Shown: positions 59,352 to 64,000 of the stretch, piece after piece | How the letters are laid out: each line of letters starts with the position of its first letter | Position numbering within the stretch: position 1 is the first letter of the stretch | Source: Candidatus Thorarchaeota archaeon | Lineage (GTDB): Archaea; Asgardarchaeota; Thorarchaeia; Thorarchaeales; Thorarchaeaceae | DNA length: 64,000 nt | Direction of reading: 5' to 3' | NCBI GenBank assembly: GCA_019057475.1 | Contig: DXJO01000010.1 | Coordinates: forward strand, 96,001-160,000 | Made by a program: the position numbers and the translations under genes | Notes under the pieces: generated by a model | The model's input: only the letters and a program-made list of their open reading frames with translations | What the model was told of the DNA's origin: nothing | Database searches by the model: none

Positions 59352-60548
59352 TGAAAGGTGACTTTCCACATATCTTTTCCCCTTCATTCCCATAAGCTTG
59401 CCAACTGACGGGGTTTGCTCTAGTCCATCAATGAAATCAAACGCCCGTTCAATCCGGTTTTGACTAACCGAAAGTCCACACTCTGCTATTTCAACCAGCT
59501 GCGCAGGCTGACCTTTTCCAAGAACAAGAACTGGTCGTTCGAAGGCCATGAAATCGAGTAATTTGGAAGGTATTGCGGTAGTGGAGATGAAATTGTCTTT
59601 CATAGGTAGTATGAACACTGTTGCTGTTTTCATGAAACTTGCGTATTCCTCATTAGTCATGTGCTTTCGGAGCACCTGTACATTGGAGAGGTTCCTAGCC
59701 TTAATCCCTCTTCTAAGAAGATTTGTCGTCATGCCAAGCCCTTTCACTATGAATGTCCAGTTCTTGTTTCTTTCTTGTGCCAGCTTTGCAATGTTCAGAA
59801 TCAGGTTGAAGTCGTATGCAGGTCCAAGTGCACCAGCATAGATGATTCGGATTGTATCATTGGTTGGAATTGCTACCTCATCATCAAATCTACGAAACCT
59901 GCTATAGTCGAAGCCTACCTCGATTGTCTTAATTCGATCTTGAGGAATCCCATTTCTTATCAAGTATCGCGTGATTGCACCAGCTATGGGAATAACGTAA
60001 TCTGACATCTTCAGCATCGCGTTCCTTACAGCGGCCAACCCGCGAAGCATCAGATTATTCTGCACTATTCCTAGATCAGCAAGAGCTTCTGGCCAGAGGT
60101 CATCCACATTCATTATCAACGGAGTCCTCTTGCACATCTTATAGAGGAGTCCCAAAGGATACACAAAGAAGTTTGGGCTCATGGCCATGACCAAGTCGCT
60201 CTCCCCCACCAATGGGAGGACTAGTAGGCTCGCGAGCATGAAATAGAGATAGTTTGCCATCCTACCGGCAGTGCTGTGATGGCTCATAGGCGGCATCCAC
60301 AATCTGATGACAGTAAGTCTTCCCTTGGTCTGGAACTGATACATTTTTCGATTGCACAAGGCTCTATTATTCCCATCTGGATAATGTGGCACGCCTGTCA
60401 CTAGTACAACTTCATAACCACGACTCAGCATATCTTTCACGATGTGAAACGTTCTCATTCCAGAACCTGCTATATCTGGTGGGAAATACTGTGATATGAG
60501 GCAGACTCTTTTGATGCCCTTTGACTCGTTATTAACCATCACAATCAC
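59289..60548 (-). CDS. GT4 glycosyltransferase, WbuB-like
   Basis: SQYFPPD, PHYPDG, DDLWPE, YAGALG and IPSKLLDFMA. Confidence 0.92.
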   Translation of the reverse strand: MIVMVNNESKGIKRVCLISQYFPPDIAGSGMRTFHIVKDMLSRGYEVVLVTGVPHYPDGNNRALCNRKMYQFQTKGRLTVIRLWMPPMSHHSTAGRMANYLYFMLASLLVLPLVGESDLVMAMSPNFFVYPLGLLYKMCKRTPLIMNVDDLWPEALADLGIVQNNLMLRGLAAVRNAMLKMSDYVIPIAGAITRYLIRNGIPQDRIKTIEVGFDYSRFRRFDDEVAIPTNDTIRIIYAGALGPAYDFNLILNIAKLAQERNKNWTFIVKGLGMTTNLLRRGIKARNLSNVQVLRKHMTNEEYASFMKTATVFILPMKDNFISTTAIPSKLLDFMAFERPVLVLGKGQPAQLVEIAECGLSVSQNRIERAFDFIDGLEQTPSVGKLMGMKGKRYVESHLSLKCIGDKLETILSRLIRHRS

Positions 60549-60590
60549 CGAAACTCCTACCAGTTCCCATCGGCATGCCTCTTGTGATTT

Positions 60591-62300
60591 CTACCCCTTT
60601 TTCGTTAATAGATAATCTCCTATTGCGAGATGGTCCAGTTCACTCTCCAAAAACGTTTCAACCGCTACTTCTGGTGATCCAACAATCGGATAGCCGTGAA
60701 GGTTGAAAGATGTGTTCAAAACGACAGGGACACCAGTGATTTCAGCGAACTTCTGGATCATTGAATACCACCCAGAGTTATGGCTTCTGGCAACAGATTG
60801 AGGACGCCCAGTGTAGTCATATGGGTGCAGTGCAGCAGGGATTTCTACACCTCTTTCTGTCGTTGGAAATGCTTCTATCATATATCTTGCAGGTCGTGCG
60901 TTCACAAAGTACTCTGCCATTCTATCTTCAAGTATTGATGGTGCAAAGGGCATCCAGAAGTCCCTGTACTTTATCGCGAAGTTTATCCTCCTGACCACTC
61001 TCAAATCCCTCGGATCCGCGACTATGCTGCGATTTCCCAGAGATCTGGGTCCAAACTCTTCTCGCCCTGAGAATCTCGCAACAATCATGCCATCTGCCGC
61101 TTTTTCAGCAATGCATGTTTCGAGATCATCGCGGAATTCATATTCGAGTTTTTCGTCATACTTCGCGATTACAGACATGACTCTGTCATTGTCGAATTGC
61201 CGACCTAGGTACAGGTCCTCTAGAGGAACCCGCTTGGGTTTCACTCCGTCAAGCTTGCAGAGATGATAGTATCCCATCAATGCACCTCCGATTGGAGTCC
61301 CGCCATCATCACAAGCAGGATGGAAGAAAACATCTTCAACCTCGGGAAGGTTTCTGATGAGACTGTTCGCTTTTACATTCAGGAAACTGCCTCCAGCTGT
61401 CACAATTTTGTTTATTCCCGTTTCTTCTATTGCGTTTTTCACCCACTGAATCACTAGTTCTTCGAACCGTTCTTGACATGCAGCCGTAATATTGTCAAAC
61501 CTCTCACCTGCAAACATCTTACGCAGTTTTCCTTGTGAGTTCTTCCCGTAGGGACCGAGTATGTTCCTGAATCTAAGCGGATGTTCTGAATCCAAAGTGC
61601 AGATTCGTCGCATCTTGTCAATGCAGTATTGAGATCGTCCATAAGGAGCCATCCCCATAACCTTGTACTCATGCTCCCACCGTTTGAGTCCGAGGAATCC
61701 AGTTATCTCGCTATACATGTTGTTGCTTATGCTATCATAATATGTTGACCAATCTACTCGCTCGATATCATACCCTGTCCCAATGCTCACAGTCGAGCTG
61801 ACACCATCTCCTGCACCATCCAGAGTGAGAATAAGTGTGTCCTGATCCCAAGGTCTTTGATAGTAAGCTGTGGCGGCATGTGCTAAATGATGTTCTATGA
61901 ACGTACACTCAACATCGCTTATACCCATCTCTGCAAGGCATCTATCAATCTCTTTCAGAGTGCGGAAGCGATGAAGTATCCTCACATATGTTCTGGCGAA
62001 CCACCTTGAATGAAGAATCCTAGACACAGATCTGAACATCTTCACTCTGAGGCTGTCTTCTTCCACAAGTGGTGCTGTTGATCGCACAAGGCCCACAATC
62101 GAAACTAAGTTAGTGTCGACTGGATTAATCCCTGCGATTCTGTACACCTCTCCAATTGCCAGTACAGGTGGACCGCTGAAATTCTTGATGTTTCGCATCC
62201 GTTCCTCACTGACAGCTGCGACAATTCTTCCGTCGCGAAGCAACGCAGCCCCAGCCCCATGCCCATCATGAATTCCTAGAATAACATACCTTTTTGCCAT
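60591..62300 (-). CDS. O-carbamoyltransferase, NodU/CmcH/TobZ family
   Basis: LGIHDGH (ATG 62300), EER..K, EHHLAHA, LDGAGD, EYKVMGMAPYG, EFGPRSLGNRS, PFAPS and LNTSFN.HG.PIV. Confidence 0.95.
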   Translation of the reverse strand: MAKRYVILGIHDGHGAGAALLRDGRIVAAVSEERMRNIKNFSGPPVLAIGEVYRIAGINPVDTNLVSIVGLVRSTAPLVEEDSLRVKMFRSVSRILHSRWFARTYVRILHRFRTLKEIDRCLAEMGISDVECTFIEHHLAHAATAYYQRPWDQDTLILTLDGAGDGVSSTVSIGTGYDIERVDWSTYYDSISNNMYSEITGFLGLKRWEHEYKVMGMAPYGRSQYCIDKMRRICTLDSEHPLRFRNILGPYGKNSQGKLRKMFAGERFDNITAACQERFEELVIQWVKNAIEETGINKIVTAGGSFLNVKANSLIRNLPEVEDVFFHPACDDGGTPIGGALMGYYHLCKLDGVKPKRVPLEDLYLGRQFDNDRVMSVIAKYDEKLEYEFRDDLETCIAEKAADGMIVARFSGREEFGPRSLGNRSIVADPRDLRVVRRINFAIKYRDFWMPFAPSILEDRMAEYFVNARPARYMIEAFPTTERGVEIPAALHPYDYTGRPQSVARSHNSGWYSMIQKFAEITGVPVVLNTSFNLHGYPIVGSPEVAVETFLESELDHLAIGDYLLTKKG

Positions 62301-62590
62301 CGTTTCCTTCCACAATGCGAGCATTTTGTCCATCTCATAAGCTTTGCGTCATCCGTGGCTCTGCTGCAGGACTCGTAGATTGACTCATAGGAAGATATGG
62401 ACTCTTCATGCATAAGAGAACTCCGAGGCCCATTTGTTTACATGTCTTGCTGAGCACTGATTCCCGCTGAGAGTTTATTATAAGGAGCGAATACAAAGAG
62501 TGACATTGAATACAGCACTCAATTCGGATCATATGCGGTGCCGAAAGAAACATCTGGGGGGAAACATCTGGATTGAACGGGGCTAAGCGG

Positions 62591-63682
62591 ATGACCAAAG
62601 TTGCATTAATTACAGGGATTACCGGGCAAGATGGATCGTATTTGGCAGAATGTCTCTTGAGCCTAGGCTATGAGGTCCATGGAATGATACGCAAGGCAAG
62701 TACATTCAACACAGCTAGAATCGACCATCTGTACAAGGATCCTCACGATCCAGAGGCGAAACTTTTTCTTCACTATGGCGACATCACGGATTCCGCTAGC
62801 GTCACTCGAATTCTTGAAGATGTCGAGCCAGATGAAGCGTATAACTTGGCAGCTCAGAGCCATGTTAGGGTGAGCTTTGACATGCCGGTCTATACGGGAC
62901 AGGTCTCCGGAATCGGCACAGCCTGCATGCTAGAGTCGATACGAAAGAGCGACATAAACACAAGATTCTATCAGGCGTCGTCCTCCGAGATGTTTGGTTT
63001 CTCTCCCCCTCCTCAGAATGAGCAAACACGCTTTCACCCGCGAAGTCCATATGCCGCAGCGAAGATCTATGCCTACTGGATTACGGTGAACTACAGAGAA
63101 GCCTATGGATTACATGCTTCCAATGGAATACTGTTCAACCATGAATCTCCTCGACGTGGAGAAACTTTCGTCACTCGGAAGATAACTCGTGCGGTAGCGC
63201 GTATAGTGGCTGGCACTCAGGACAAGCTCTACCTCGGGAACTTGAAAGCCAAGCGTGACTGGGGCTACGCTCCAGAGTACGTGGTCGGAATGGTTCACAT
63301 TCTGAAGCATAATACGCCTGACGACTTCGTCTTGGGCACAGGAACTAGCAATTCCGTTGAAGAGTTCTTACGTTTCTCCTTTGAATATGTTGGACTAGAC
63401 TGGAACGATTATGTTGAAATCGATTCTAGATACCTGCGACCTGCTGAAGTCGAGAATCTTCAAGCTGACCCATCGAAAGCACGTAGCACAATTGGATGGA
63501 ACCCCAAGGTTCTTGCTCCAGAACTAGCGAAGGTGATGATTGATTGCGATATGTTCAGGTGCGGCCTCAAACCACCTGATGAAGGACGCGAGATCTTGAC
63601 TCGCTGTGGTTTGGATTGGGTCGTTGAGCCTATCAAGGAATTCACTGGACAGGAAGTTACAACATGGAGAAATCCGACCTGA
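62591..63682 (+). CDS. gmd: GDP-mannose 4,6-dehydratase
   Basis: [53 protein letters not shown] and RDWG. Confidence 0.97.
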   Translation: MTKVALITGITGQDGSYLAECLLSLGYEVHGMIRKASTFNTARIDHLYKDPHDPEAKLFLHYGDITDSASVTRILEDVEPDEAYNLAAQSHVRVSFDMPVYTGQVSGIGTACMLESIRKSDINTRFYQASSSEMFGFSPPPQNEQTRFHPRSPYAAAKIYAYWITVNYREAYGLHASNGILFNHESPRRGETFVTRKITRAVARIVAGTQDKLYLGNLKAKRDWGYAPEYVVGMVHILKHNTPDDFVLGTGTSNSVEEFLRFSFEYVGLDWNDYVEIDSRYLRPAEVENLQADPSKARSTIGWNPKVLAPELAKVMIDCDMFRCGLKPPDEGREILTRCGLDWVVEPIKEFTGQEVTTWRNPT

Positions 63683-64000
63683 TTTATGTTGCAGGGCATG
63701 CTGGACTTGTGGGGTCCGCTATTGTCAGGAGTTTGAATCAGAGTGGGTTTCATAACCTACTCCTTAGAACGCATGCGGAGCTTGACCTCACTTGTCAACA
63801 TGCCGTTGAGAAGCTATTCCAGGAGTACAGACCAGACTATGTTTTTTTGGCTGCTGCAAAGGTGGGTGGCATCCTTGCCAATTGGGAACGTTCTGCGGAA
63901 TTTATCTATGAGAATCTGATGATTCAGAACAACGTGATTCACCAAAGCTATGTTTCTGGAGTCAAGAAACTTCTTTTCCTTGGAAGCTCGTGCATCTATC
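63664..64000 (+). CDS. fcl: GDP-L-fucose synthase (partial, runs off the window; not in the ORF track)
   Basis: [46 protein letters not shown]. Confidence 0.93.
   Translation, partial: MEKSDLIYVAGHAGLVGSAIVRSLNQSGFHNLLLRTHAELDLTCQHAVEKLFQEYRPDYVFLAAAKVGGILANWERSAEFIYENLMIQNNVIHQSYVSGVKKLLFLGSSCIY

Larger units (their letters stand above)
3526..64000. other. Surface-glycan biosynthesis genomic island (right end outside the window)
   Basis: Nearly all ORFs after hypC are glycan-related, with frequent strand switches and more than 15 gene remnants. Confidence 0.85.

Noticed and set aside
62547-62571. 11-bp direct repeat GAAACATCTGG x2 upstream of gmd
   Set aside because: Only two copies 14 bp apart; it may be a slippage product or binding site, with no further support.
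478-63753. Numerous 60-170 aa ORFs antisense to or overlapping the called genes
   Set aside because: They are shadow ORFs with no recognisable motifs.
1-64000. CRISPR array, tRNA/rRNA, IS element, integrase or conserved attC-like repeat between cassettes
   Set aside because: None was recognised by eye, and the junctions share no obvious common motif. A recombinase could still lie outside the window.

Overview
Archaeal chromosomal window. The gene repertoire and the Ig-repeat surface protein suggest an Asgard/Thorarchaeia-like host, but this is an inference and was not verified. A short core-like left flank carries a degenerate transcarbamylase, a PflX radical SAM protein, vapBC and an orphan hypC. 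It is followed by a >60 kb surface-glycan biosynthesis island that runs off the right edge. The island holds about 13 GT4 and 2 GT2 glycosyltransferases, 4 large GT-C-like membrane proteins and 3 Wzx-type flippases. Its nucleotide-sugar enzymes include ugd, two nucleotidyltransferases, several SDR epimerases, gmd and fcl. It also encodes a pyruvyltransferase with an FrhB-like partner, a NodU-type carbamoyltransferase, a GT4/GH130 module and an Ig-repeat protein. I saw no tRNA, rRNA, CRISPR array, transposase or integrase. The main unexpected signal lies in the spacers, many of which are mosaics of 70-600 bp gene fragments. In four cases (hypC, the first nucleotidyltransferase, one GT4 and a WbuB-like GT4), a second copy of the gene's 3' end lies downstream on the same strand and brackets a block of 1.3-36 kb. 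Other spacers are head/tail chimeras, one of them joined at a visible microhomology. The pattern fits repeated, apparently integrase-free acquisition of glycan modules from relatives by 3'-end replacement, with hypC as an anchor. A PEP mutase remnant suggests that an ancestral or donor version of the island made a phosphonate-modified glycan.
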